Made by a program: the position numbers and the translations under genes
Source: Eledone cirrhosa
Lineage: Eukaryota
NCBI GenBank assembly: GCA_964016885.1
Contig: OZ024740.1
Span: 23,188,001 to 23,252,000, forward strand
Direction of reading: 5' to 3'
Length of the DNA stretch: 64,000 nt
Shown: piece after piece, positions 43,356-56,881 of the stretch
How positions within the stretch are numbered: the first letter of the stretch is position 1
How the letters are laid out: every line of letters starts with the position of its first letter
The notes under the pieces: generated by a model
What the model saw: the letters and a program-made list of their open reading frames with translations, nothing else
The model's database searches: none
What the model was told of the DNA's origin: nothing

Positions 43356-45214
43356 TTGTTACATAATAAGGTTATGTTTCCGAGGCAATCCAAATTGAAT
43401 CGACATGGGAACGGATTAAGTGCGTGTTTTGGGGTTTTTCATCCGTTGCCCTGTGAGTACCAATTCACCCCCACCGGTCTGCGCAGGCGCATGTCCGAAG
43501 GAAGTTGACCATTAGCTACCGCAGATTTCAACGAAATTCGCTTAGTCAGTTCACCCTCTCAGCCAAACAATGGCCCACCTAGGCCCGTACCATAGTTTAC
43601 TCCTACCCATCCCGACTGTGGCAGTCAGCCGAAAGCCAGAGGGGATGGGAGAGTGTTAGTTTTTACAGGTCATAATACTACCTCTCACCAAGCGTGGACA
43701 GTACGACTGACCATCAACTCATAAGGGAAAATAAACTTAATTCTAGGTATCATGGTTTTACATTGGAAGTTAAGAGTGAGAGTTGAGAGTAAAAATTAAA
43801 ATCCTAAATCAAATATCAGAAATTATAAATTAAACAATTAAAAAATTAACAATTGGAAATTAAAAAAATTTTCAAGTGAGAATCCGGATTGAGGTGAAAA
43901 ATATATAGTAAAAAAATATATAGATTGAAGTGAGTAAATAATAGTCAATCTGGTACACAGTCATAATTTCCATCACATGGAACAAAACCAAAGAAAAACA
44001 GACATAAAGGACTTGAACATCTGAAAATACTTCGCTTTTACTTATTCGATATTTACTCCGTCACTCCTATGTGGAAAAAGTACGTTGAGAGCTTGAATTG
44101 AATTGCATCAATGTTTACCCTAATAATTTAGCTCCAATTAGTTGAGCGCTCTATGATGTAACCTATATGGTGGAGAAGAGAGGAACCCACCATGAGCTAC
44201 CCCGGAAATTCCCTCTACCATGGGGATGGAAGCCCCTGACACGGACATAATAGTAACTTTCGGCAGGATAAATACGCGGAAACAAAAAATAAGATAAACC
44301 CCTATTTCCTGCATCAAATCACATTTGAACAGAAGCCCCCTCAATTCAATCTATACATTGACAGATTGATAATCATATGGATCATTTTGCATATATGTAC
44401 TCTGTGTTTTTGCATTTACTCGTTATTGGTTCTTTTCTTTTGTGTACTTTATGTCTGTTTTTCTTTGGTTTTGTTCCATGTGATGGAAATTATGACTGTG
44501 TACCAGATTGACTAATGCCTGAATACTGTAGTTTACCCTCCGTTCTAATGTATGGCACTGTCGTTCAATTTATGGATAGAGTAACTGTGACACTAGAACC
44601 CCCTCTCAGAACTTCTTACTTAAACATCTCTCTCCATATCATTTACTCACTTCAATCTATATATTTTTTTACTCACCTCAATCCGGAGTCTCACTTGAAA
44701 CATTTTTTAATTTCTAATTGTTAATTTTTTAATTGTTTAATTTATAATTTCTGATATTTGATTTAGGATTTTTATTTTTATTTTCAACTCTCACTCTTAA
44801 CTTCCAATGTAAAACCATGATACCTAGAATTAAGTTTATTTTCCCTTATGAGTTGATGGTCAGTCGTACTGTCCACGCTTGGTGAGAGGTAGTATTATGA
44901 CCTGTAAAAACTAACACTCTCCCATCCCCTCTGGCTTTCGGCTGACTGCCACAGTCGGGATGGGTAGGAGTAAACTATGGTACGGGCCTAGGTGGGCCAT
45001 TGTTTGGCTGAGAGGGTGAACTGACTAAGCGAATTTCGTTGAAATCTGCGGTAGCTAATGGTCAACTTCCTTCGGACATGCGCCTGCGCAGATCGGTGGG
45101 GGTGAATTGGTACTCACAGGGGAACGGATGAAAAACCCCAAAACACGCACTTAATCCGTTCCCATGTCGATTCAATTTGGATTGCCTCGGAAACATAACC
45201 TTATTATGTAACAA

Positions 45215-45288
45215 GCTGTCTGATGATGTCACGACACTCGCACACAGAACAGTGTGGCCAGTGTCATCATTGAAATATATATCACAGC
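45215..45288 (+). ncRNA. Type I hammerhead, palindromic stem III
   Basis: gctgt-CTGATGA-[gacact/agtgtc, cacac/gtgtg]-GAAA-TATATA-TC-acagc; base of stem II irregular. Confidence 0.78.
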
Positions 45289-45331
45289 ATTATTATTAAA
45301 GGACTTGAACATCTGAAACTACTTCGCTTTT

Positions 45332-45378
<47 letters not shown>

Positions 45379-45390
45379 TATATAATATAT

Positions 45391-45481
<91 letters not shown>

Positions 45482-45488
<7 letters not shown>

Positions 45489-46145
45489 GACGTAAAATAA
45501 GAACATTTTAAAAATTAAAAATTAACTTACTAAAATTTTCACTCCAACTAATTAGTTTCTGTAAGGGGATAAATATAGTTACGTAACATAACTATAGAGT
45601 ATTCCTTACGTCATCAGGGAGTCTATCCTCAGCTAAGTTCCCAGGCAATGCGCTGACACTAGGAACCCATATAAAAATAATAATTCAGTGGATGGAATAA
45701 AGCTAGCGGGGACTAAATTCCAAAGCACTGAAAAAATTCATTGCCTCTTTGGTCAGTGGCAGATTCTAAAGAATCAATCACGTGACACTGAGGTTAATCA
45801 GTGAGGAGTGGGGTGGTATTATGAAAAGAGCCTACTACTACCATGAATCACAGCAGTAAATGTTGGCAAGTTTTACTCAACAAATTATTTGGAGATAAAT
45901 ATAGAGAATTAGTATATCTACCAACATATGTATACAGATGTAAACCCATGCTAGCAAATATATATGTTATGTCTTAGTACTTTTGTGGTTCTATGCAGGG
46001 GGATGCAGAACAATTATATGAAAGACGTAAAAGAAAAAAATTTTAAAAATTAAAAATTAACTTACTTACTAAAATGTTCACTCCAACTAATTAGTTTCTG
46101 TAAGGGGATAAATATAGTTACGTAACATAACTATAGAGAATTCCT

Positions 46146-46148
<3 letters not shown>
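45482..46148 (-). mobile_element. Non-coding about 535-bp unit with about 130-bp terminal direct repeat carrying an HHR (R4)
   Basis: 45482-45609 repeated at 46017-46148; flanked by (TA)n. Confidence 0.8.
45541..45622 (-). ncRNA. Type I hammerhead
   Basis: actcc-CTGATGA-cgtaagg...ccttaca-GAAA-CTAATTAG-TT-ggagt. Confidence 0.85.
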
Positions 46149-46222
<74 letters not shown>

Positions 46223-46261
46223 ATATTAAATAAATGGAAACTATATTTATAAAACCATATT

Positions 46262-46322
46262 TATTCTATTATATATATTTCATGGGTACCAAAACTTTGG
46301 TACGCTTTCATCAGATAAAATA
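46262..46322 (-). ncRNA. Type I hammerhead in solo pLTR fragment (about 46217-46400); same family as 60162
   Basis: tattttat-CTGATGA-aagcgtaccaaagttttggtacccat-GAAA-TATATA-TA-atagaata. Confidence 0.82.
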
Positions 46323-46415
46323 AAATAGGAAGTGTATTTTATAAATTTGGAGATAATCAAGAAAAATACCTTAACAACTCAAGTTTTGCTTGGATAATAT
46401 CAAATATATATATAC

Positions 46416-46901
<486 letters not shown>

Positions 46902-47112
46902 AAGGCGTGTGGCTGAGTGGTTAGAGAATTGGACTCGCAATCGTAAGGTTGTGAGTTCGATTCCTGGACCAGGCGACGTGTTATGTCCTTGAGCAAGACA
47001 CTTTATTTCACGTTGCTCCTTCAACCTGGAGTTGCGACCGACAGATAGTATTAGCAATTGGAAAGACCAACGGAAACATTGTTCCTTCGGTCCGATTTGA
47101 CGAAAGTCGATC
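46902..47112 (+). mobile_element. Full-length tRNA-derived SINE family B (CORE-like central motif)
   Basis: A-box tggctgagtgg, B-box gagttcgattcc, then tgtccttgagcaagacactt. Confidence 0.85.
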
Positions 47113-47302
47113 GTTCCTATATATATATATATATATATAGTATTAAGGACACTATTTATGGTTATGTATATACTAAAACCTTTTATAGTTATATATATTT
47201 TAAACCCTAAACAGTGAAAGATAGTAATTTATTACTACCTTATTACCAGTAAGATAAATAGCTCGATGTAATAACATCGGTTGTTCTACAGAGCAGTTAT
47301 AA

Positions 47303-48906
47303 AGAAATTACATGAATCAAAGTTCTGTTCAAACCATTTATTAGCTTACAATTGTTTCTTCCAGACCGAGGTTTGGAGTCTTCGGAGCAATTTTTCAATG
47401 ATTGTTTACATACATGACCTCCTTTCCAACACAAGAGACATACAGAATCATATGTATATTTATCGATGCACAGTGGGGTGACATCCATTATAATATTTTA
47501 GCATGGCAATTTACATTCAAAGATTAAAGTCATATTAAAAGAAAACAAAATGAAAGTTAAAATACAACATTGGCAGTTTACGAAGATAATGCAATGCAAG
47601 AGGATAGTTTGAAGTAGTTAGTGTATGCAATAGTTACACGTGGGTCATGCACGTGTGTCTTATTTATATAAGATTATAGTGTGGCAAGGTGTTATATGGA
47701 ATACAAGCACTTTAAGCGGGCAAACAAGATTATTATGGGGGTTGTATTGGTAAAGTATTTTTTATGTATGATATAGAAGCTTGTGTGCAGAGAAATATTA
47801 AAAGTGAGAAGCAAAATAATGTTATGGTTTTCGTATACACCACCATTTTCACAATCCAGGAAACGTAATATATAGATTATATGTCCTTCACATAATCGAC
47901 GATGATTCAATATAGGATGCTTGATGAATTAGGTTAGATTATTACAGCTTGTTGTTCTTTAATCCAATTTTATAGAGCAGGTTGTTTTTGCTGCGAGAAT
48001 TAACATCGTTTTATTTTCCGGAAGTGTCTGTGTGATTAAGGGGAGTTAATGCGTGAGGGGATGTAACTAGCTGATTTCTATAACTAAATTTATTATCTCA
48101 ATGTACATTAAATGGTGTCCCAAATGAGTCCCTATCATATAAGGTTATAAAAAGTATCTAAATTTAAGTATCCTATCTATACATTACAGTCTAGTCTATC
48201 AAGAAGTACTAAAGGTGTTCATATTAGGATGACTACCCTCTATCATAGAGTGCCACAACTGAATATTCCACATGAAGAGTCAGATGCCCAAATGAATGAT
48301 CTTTGTAAGTGTAGTCTACCCACAGAACCTGGCAGGGTTTTATTAGAATCACTTCTATATATAACCCCTGGTAAGCTCCGGGTCAGTGCATGTCTGATTG
48401 TATGGCAAAGTTAAATATCACTAGGGTAGACCAGAATGTCACTAATCTGACCATCAAGACATACATGTATGTATAACTCATATATCACTTGTACATAATT
48501 CATTGCACTCAGCATATAGGTTATATAGCTCTTTTATATTAATAAATTAATCTTCCATTTATCCAATGATGGCACTGTCTACACAGAACAACATTAGCAC
48601 AAACAATTCAGTGTTTAAAGTTTACATTTAATTATATAGTGGTGTAATGTAGTCTAAGTAATTGAAGGCAATTATACCAAAAGTAGGTGGGGATATCTCT
48701 AGGGTAAAAGTTTCTAGAAGGATGTCACTATTTGTGTTAAGATAAGGTGGATCATTGAGTGTGGAGATGTGGTGCAAGGTGTGCCCTTGAGGTCTGTTGC
48801 TAGAGGTGGTGACGGGTTTTTGGTCGGCCTATATTTACTTAACGAAATCCATAACAATTGTAAGCTAATAAATGGTTTGAACAGAACTTTGATTCATGTA
48901 ATTTCT
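47303..48906 (-). mobile_element. PLE-derived non-coding relic with short inverted pLTR piece
   Basis: 47303-47356 inverted at 48853-48906; 47300-47700 homologous to about 59570-59915. Confidence 0.75.
47344..47388 (-). ncRNA. Hammerhead, CCGAAGA (C4) core variant
   Basis: gct-CCGAAGA-ctccaaacctcggtctggaa-GAAA-CAATTG-TA-agc. Confidence 0.72.
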
Positions 48907-48927
48907 ATATATATATTTATATATATT

Positions 48928-49031
<104 letters not shown>

Positions 49032-49071
49032 TATGAAAAAGAACACAAGAGCGTCTACAACATCAAAAGAT

Positions 49072-49133
49072 TTTTATTGGCTAACAATGTTTCTTCCTTA
49101 CGTGTAACCGTAGGATTCATCAGAGCTATAAAA
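49072..49133 (-). ncRNA. Type I hammerhead
   Basis: gct-CTGATGA-atcctacg gttaca cgtaaggaa-GAAA-CATTG-TT-agc. Confidence 0.78.
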
Positions 49134-49350
49134 GGGGTTTCATTGGTGTTATGGACCCTACCAACCAAACACCCAAGAACAAAGAGTAAAGAGAGTAAAG
49201 AGCAAAAAGTAGGGACGATAAGTCTAATTTTGGTGCGGGAGGGTGTGGTGTTGGTCCTTTTTTACTAGCTGCGGTCATACTCATTCCCGGGAGTCGGGTG
49301 GTTAGCTGAACCATAGATGGGGTGGCGTCGATATATATATATATATATAT

Positions 49351-49455
<105 letters not shown>

Positions 49456-51101
49456 TAAATATATATATTTCCAGCATGGGATTAACTGATCTACTTACCA
49501 TCCGGATTTTGGCTGCTCTGTGCTTTATCCACCGCCACCTGATACTATTTCCTTGTCGGGATGATTCCGATTCCGACAAAACTCTACGTATAAACATTGA
49601 CTGAATTCTTGACTCTATACCTCAGGACTTTTTGTGACTCACACTGAATTCGGAGACCCGAACTTTACACTAGGTACAACCTGTTACCATTCCATCTCCT
49701 CCATCCTCTATATCTATATGTACAACCTCTATTATCTTACTACAATTTGATCTATATTGTATTTCCCCTACACTGTGATTCCTCCGATACGTTCTTATAT
49801 ACTGCCGTCTTTCTACATCCCTAGTTATTTACCTTTATTAATTTTTTATTATTTTATTAATGTATTCTCATCAATGTATTCTATCCTTATATTTGTATTT
49901 TATCTTTGTATCCTGCTTTTATTATTTTTTTGTAACTTTCCTTACTCATGTCATTATGCACCTTTCATAGCCCCCTACCCACCTAAGAACCACACTACTT
50001 ATAACCCGGACTAACTGGGACTTTGAAATAATTATGGTCTATTTGCACTTTTCATTGGCTTGCTGCTTCGACTTATGTGGTGGCTTTTCCCGGCTGCGCG
50101 CTGGGCACTGGGATAGTTCAGCCTTCCTTGAGTGCTCGGAAAAATAAATTTCTCTTCTTTCGGTAAACGAAATTACTCGGAGCGGGTGCTTTGCCCCGGT
50201 CCCACCGCGCCGCCTGTTTTGGCCGCCATATTATACTTATACCTATAAACTCCAGGTTTAGGCATAACTATTAGCTGTATCATGCCTCTACTGGCACGTA
50301 AATAAACCCCTCATGTGTGATTTAGTAATATTCGTTTGGTATAGACGATGGCCTGTCGAAATTGTGGAGTTTCCGCTGGCGCTCCCAGGGCCTAAGGTAG
50401 CTACGTTCCTAGAGTACTCGGAAAAATTAATTTCCATTTCTATCGCTGGACGATACCACTCGAGACTGGCTGACTCATGGTGGTGGTGGTGGTGGTGGAT
50501 TTTTTTTTTTGGGGGGGGGGGTGCTGGCTGGGTCTCGCGATCGAAATCTTTACTCTATATCCCATCCTAATATCTTATCGAGATAAATTTTTTCATATAA
50601 GACTCTCTCCGTAAGTACATTAAAGAAATCTCGCTAACTTAACCTTTAATTTTCTAATAATTTATTTTTCAATTTATCATTTTGCAATTTAATATTTTTA
50701 ATTTAATTTAATTTCATCCTATAACTCGCAACATAAGTTTAACGTTCCAATCTTCGGTTCACACATTAGACCATGCAGACACCATTTATAGATTCTTTGG
50801 AGTAGCATTTTTTTCGCGGCATTTTCTAGCATGAATGCAGTGTGACCCTTACGCTGACTTCTTTCTCCCTTTTTTCTTTTTTCTTCTTTCTTCCTTTCTT
50901 TCTTCCCCTTTTTCTTTGAATGAGAGGTGGTAGTGCATTATAAGCCTTCGCCCATTCACCAGATGGTCATAGTAGATTCAGTTGCCACCACTTTGAGGGC
51001 GACTGGCCGAGGTAAAGGCAGCTAGTTGGTCAGTCGTCCTCTTTGTCTCTGTCTCTGATTTTTCGGACCCATGGTTTTTTACATATTCCTTTGTTATATT
51101 C

Positions 51102-51146
51102 CAATACCTGATGATATCACTGGATCCATATTGAAACCGGTCATTG
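51102..51146 (+). ncRNA. Decayed minimal hammerhead at the 3' end of a long non-coding segment (about 49470-51215)
   Basis: caatac-CTGATGA-...-GAAA-CCGG-TC-attg; stems I and II imperfect. Confidence 0.6.
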
Positions 51147-51282
51147 AAGTGATCATAGTATAATAAACCTTTCAAGGATTTACACCAGTCCAGCCTCCTA
51201 TTATTTTATCTCATTTATATATGTATATATATATAAATACAAAGTGTTAAAACGATCAAATTTTAGTTTAGAACATTTATTT

Positions 51283-51328
51283 GGTGAGAATTGTTTCTTC
51301 CAGAGGGAAGTCTGGAATCAACGGAGCA
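51283..51328 (-). ncRNA. Decayed hammerhead related to the 47.3/59.8 kb family
   Basis: tgct-CCGTTGA-ttccaga...tctggaa-GAAA-CAATTC-TC. Confidence 0.5.
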
Positions 51329-51331
51329 TAA

Positions 51332-51376
<45 letters not shown>

Positions 51377-51437
51377 ATATATATTTATCATTATCGAGGC
51401 CTCTTTTGATTTTAGTCTTCACATTTATTATTATTAC

Positions 51438-51472
<35 letters not shown>

Positions 51473-51696
51473 AAATAAATATATTCATATATTTATATAT
51501 AAATAAACACACATATATATATATGTACACACACATATATATATGTACATATATATATATATATATATATATAGTCCAGAAATAGCCGTCGAAACGGCTT
51601 GAGCTCTACCGTCGGGGTCATACCTTTTCCTATATATATTTATATATATATATATGAATATATATATATATATATATATATAAATATACATACAGC

Positions 51697-51767
<71 letters not shown>

Positions 51768-51768
51768 C

Positions 51769-51870
<102 letters not shown>

Positions 51871-52164
51871 TTAAAAAAAAAATGAAAAATTCCAAAAAGA
51901 TAAAAGTTCAAAATGAAAGACAACAGCAAGAAAATGAAAGGAAAAAGACGAAGGGGGAGAGAAGTGATCCCTACGGCAGTAAGCCCTATAGATACAGAAA
52001 GAGAGAATATAGGGAAAGAATGGTTGTGTAGATGTGGAAAGGCAGAAGGAAATGGGTATAGGCGGGGGGATATATCGTTAGAATATTTATAAGTGTCATA
52101 AAGACCAGGAACTAAACCTTTATTTTAGGGTTCTACATACACTATATCACTGCTTCATATATAC

Positions 52165-52212
<48 letters not shown>

Positions 52213-52254
52213 GTGGTGATGATGATGATGATGATGATGATGGTGGTGATGATG

Positions 52255-52286
<32 letters not shown>

Positions 52287-52410
52287 GATGACGATGATGA
52301 TCATAATAATAATGATAACAATGAGAATGATGATGATGATGATGATAAGAAGAATGATAATTATAATAATATTAATAATGATAATAAAGTTAATGACGGT
52401 AATGATGATA
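52165..52410. repeat. (ATG)n/(ATA)n repeat
   Basis: Directly visible. Confidence 0.92.
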
Positions 52411-52521
52411 AATTGACGCATTCATACATATTATATATATATACAGTATATACATATATATATGTGCGGGTGTGTGTATACATATATTGATATATATATA
52501 TATATATACATATACACACAC

Positions 52522-52585
<64 letters not shown>

Positions 52586-52656
52586 GTATACATATATATA
52601 TATATATAATATATATACGTATATATGTATATCACACATGTACACATATACGTACC

Positions 52657-52719
<63 letters not shown>

Positions 52720-53650
52720 TGGAGCGTGCAGCTAGACAATATGTCGGAGAGAGAGAACAAGCCCATTACACGTTGGATTCCACTCCGCCATTGATCAGCT
52801 GAGGAATGTTTCCTAACTTGATGTATTCACTGGTCTTTATTATTGATGTTGTTTTTGTTATTGTTGTTGTTATTGATGTTGTTGTTGTTGTTCATTGTTG
52901 TTGTTTTTGATGTTGTTATTGTTATTGTTGTTATTGTAGTTGTTATTGATGCTGTTGTTGTTGTTCTTGTTACTTGTTGGTGTTCTTATTGTTGTTGTTG
53001 TTGTTGTTGTTGTTGTTATTGTAGTTGTTATTGATGTTGTTGTTGTTGTTATCGTAGTTGTTATTGTTGTTGTTGTTGTTGTCGGTATTGTAGTGGTAAT
53101 GGGTGGATGTATATATATATATATTTATGTATGTGTTTATGTATCTTTATGTGTATATGTGTATATGTGTCTATGAGTATGTGTGTATATGTGTATGTGT
53201 ATGTGTTTGTGTATGGGTATATGTGTATGTATGTGTATGTGTCTGTGTATGTGTATATATATATGTGTATGTATATATTTGTATATGTTTGTGTATGTGT
53301 ATGTGTATGTGTATATCTATATGTATATCTATGTGTATATGTGTACGTGTATATGTATTAATGTGTGTATATGGTTCTATATATAAGTATATATATGTGT
53401 GTATATATCTATGTGTATATGTATATATAATAATGTGTGAGTATGTATATGTATATGTATTAATGTGTGTATATGTGTATATCTACATGTATTAATGTGT
53501 GTGTATGTGTATATGTATTAATGTGTGTGCGTATGTATATGTACGTATATGTGTATATGTATAGGTATTAATGTGTGTGTATGTGTATATGTATATGTAT
53601 TAATGTGTGTTTATGTGTATCTGTATATGTATTACTGTGTGTGTATATGT

Positions 53651-53850
53651 GCGGCTGGTTTTGATTGAAGGACCCCATCAAAATGGCTGCCACTGCACTC
53701 TTCGCTCTTTGATCTCCTCACTGTTAATGTTCTTGGAATTGCAATGAGTATAGCTTTAATATAGGTGGCGCTGGCGTTCCTATTGGGGGAGACGGCAAGA
53801 GGCTGGTGCTATTGTTCTCTACAACGGCCATTGCTCTATGAATGAATTCG
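53651..53850. promoter_or_regulatory. Unique island with YY1-like and CTCF-like motifs
   Basis: CAAAATGGCTGCC at 53679-91 and AGGTGGCGCT at 53763-72 within about 200 bp of unique DNA amid (TG)n. Confidence 0.3.
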
Positions 53851-54823
53851 TGTGCATGTAAGCGTGCGCATGCGTACATGTGTTTGATTAAATGTGTGTG
53901 TTTGTATGTGTATATTTTTGTGTGCATCTATATTGAGTTGGATTAAATGTATGTGTGTGTATTTGTGTTTATTTGCGTGTGTGTGTGTGTGCATTTATAT
54001 TTATGTGTGTAACTATATTTGTGTTTATTTGTGTGTGTGTTTGTGTGAGTATATTTGTGTGTGTATGTATACTTTTGTGTGTGTGCGTGTATAAATGTGA
54101 GCGTGGGATATCTGAGTTTCTACATGTGGTGAGGGCGGAGGATATTCGAATTCAATTCTGCATGTGTGTGTGTATGTGTATGTATGTGTGTGTGTGTGTC
54201 GTATTTTAATTTATGTATGTGTGCTTCTTCATGTGTGCGTGTATGTGTATGTGTGTGTGTATTTGTATATTAATTTGTGTATGGGTGATTCTTTATGTGT
54301 GTGTGTATGTGTGTGTCGTATTATAATTTGTGTATATGTGTGTATGTGTGTATTTGTATATTAATTTGTGTATGGGTGCTTCTTTATGTGTGTGTGTATG
54401 CGTGTGTCGTTGTATTATAATGTGTGTATGTGTGCTTCTTCATGTGTGTGTACATGTTTTTGTCTGTGTGTATATGTATATTAATTTGTGTGTGTGCTTC
54501 GTCATGTGTGTGTATATGTGTATTTGTATTTGAATTCACGTGTTTGTGTTTATGTGTAGCCGTGGGATGCTTTATATGTGTGTGATAGTGTTTATCTCTC
54601 AGTTCATGTTTATATGTGTTTCTTTGTGTGTGTTATGTATTTGTGCTTCAGTTGATATGTGTGTGTGTGTCTGTATTGGAGTACATGTGTGTGTGTGTTT
54701 GTACATGTGTGTATCTGTATGCGCCATTGTCTGTTTCTGTAATTGAATATTTGTGTCAATATATATGTATGTTTGGTTATTTTCCCGGCACACACACACA
54801 CAAACAAATACACACACACACAA

Positions 54824-54883
<60 letters not shown>

Positions 54884-54885
<2 letters not shown>

Positions 54886-55065
54886 ATAATTGTTTCTACT
54901 TTTGGTACAAGGCCAGCAAATACCCAGCTCATTACTGGTACTTTATTTTATCGACCCCGTAAGGATGAAAGGCAAAGTTAACCTCGGCAGGATTTGAACT
55001 CAGACCGAAAAGGGACGTAACTCTATGCTGCAAAGCATGGCGCTCGACCCTCTACCGACACTGCC
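54884..55065 (-). mobile_element. SINE family A copy
   Basis: Reverse-complement match to 6717-6908. Confidence 0.9.
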
Positions 55066-55106
55066 GTGGAGGAAAGAGGTGTCAAAATATCGCCATTGCG
55101 TTTATT

Positions 55107-55350
55107 CATGTGTGACGCACGTTTCGCTATCGATCAACTCAAGCTACACTCAGTATCGATCGTGACTGACTCTGGAATCCTTAACTCATCAGGCTCGTGG
55201 TTTTCTTAGTGTGGGTGTATGGGGGGGGGGGGGGGGTTACGTTCATCAAAGAAACAACATATCTGATGATCTATGAATTCCAGAGTCAGGTACGATCGAT
55301 AGTGATTGTACCTTGAACTGATCGATCACGAACCACATTAGGCCACATAT
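55107..55350. ncRNA. Divergent inverted pair of related hammerheads (55107-55199 minus; 55256-55350 plus, decayed)
   Basis: Minus: CTGATGA-gtta...tagc-GAAA-CGTGCG-TC; plus: CTGATGA (55263)...GAAC; shared stem II attccagagtcag..acgatcgat, also seen at 31.3 kb. Confidence 0.65.
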
Positions 55351-56162
55351 CCTCTCTGAACAACAATGACAGGTATCCAAAAAGATGACCAAGTCAACAT
55401 TTTCGCTGTCCTCAAGTCCCAGATTTTACATAAGAGTTTTCCTTTCTCCTAGAATGATGTTCTAACAAGAATTAGCGGTCTTTCACTTCTGGTCTAACCG
55501 CGCTCGGGAAACCAAACCGAGTACTTCCATGTCCTCGCACATATACACACGGATATATTACAGTATATTTATATACGAATGTATAAGCAGGGCCGGATTT
55601 AATAGGAGGCAAATGGGGCATCCGGACCCTCAATAGTAGGGGGTCACACCAGTGACATCCGCCTAATTCATATGGGCCCTCAACTTGGCTTTTTAGTTTT
55701 AGGATGGTTAGGATTATTTAATTCAATACCTGTATGTATAACTTTTAAATTCCAATTACTTGCGCGAAGCTAACTTTGATATGAAAAAATGTGTGTTTGT
55801 GTGTGTATGTGTGTGTGGGGGGTGGGGGTGGGGGTGGGGGTGCTGTGTATTATAATTTCTTGTGTATGAGGTGCCCTCAAAATATGAAGTATCAGTCATT
55901 TGTATAGTGGTAGGTTTGAATCTACAATATTACTGTGGCCACAAGTATATATATAAATATTTTCCTGAGTTCAGTTTTTTTCGTCGCTATGGTCACTGCG
56001 GCCCGTCTATCGGTCGCTGTATTCAATTTGCAAAGCTGTCTAAACGTAATGTTATAACTCTAGGGTAATATACCCTATTGAGTGCTTAGCTGCACACCGA
56101 GATTGCATTCGTGAGCTTGGCTGCAACCAGAGCTTCGATGATGCTGTACTAAATTTTGTATT

Positions 56163-56272
<110 letters not shown>

Positions 56273-56495
56273 ATGTAAAAGGTAAACAGATATAACAGCA
56301 CAATCGATCCCGGATTCAATCGGGGGGTAACCACAGTAAGTAAGGTACTCAATATATAGCAGAGTATAAATATCCATTCAGTTCTCGTCCTGTAGAAGCC
56401 ATTTCTCTATTAAATATATATATATTTAAATCTATATAATATTAATTTTTAATCTAAAATCTTTAGTTTTTAATTCTTCTTAATTCTTTTTAATT

Positions 56496-56547
56496 AACAT
56501 TTGATAAGATGCATTTTACTAATACATCGAAACCGGTTATACTTTAT
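56496..56547 (+). ncRNA. Hammerhead with U3-A8 core; 3' tail runs to 56687
   Basis: TTGATAA (56501-07)-gatgcatt ttact aatacatc-GAAA-CCGG-TT|atactttat; stem I poorly paired in this copy. Confidence 0.7.
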
Positions 56548-56686
56548 ATACGTTATCTACATTATAAAACACTTTTTTAAAAAACAATTGCCCCTCTCAA
56601 TTTTTTTCAATAATGTCACTTTGACGACAGGAAAATAAAAAAGAAAAACAAACCCTAAAATATATTTCCTGTGCTATTTCCAGCTT

Positions 56687-56774
<88 letters not shown>

Positions 56775-56779
56775 TCTCT

Positions 56780-56847
<68 letters not shown>

Positions 56848-56881
56848 ATAAATATATATATATATAACAACTTAAACTAAA

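Larger units (their letters stand above)
43156..45337. mobile_element. PLE-derived non-coding element with nested inverted duplications
   Basis: Inverted pairs 43233-43939/44641-45337, 43156-43272/44005-44122 and 43942-44008/44446-44513; HHR in both long arms. Confidence 0.85.

Noticed and set aside
46902-46975. tRNA gene
   Set aside because: A and B boxes continue into a SINE body; no proper acceptor stem.
55588-55690. CAGGGCCGGATTTA hAT-MITE-like terminus
   Set aside because: No convincing opposite end or 8-bp TSD found.
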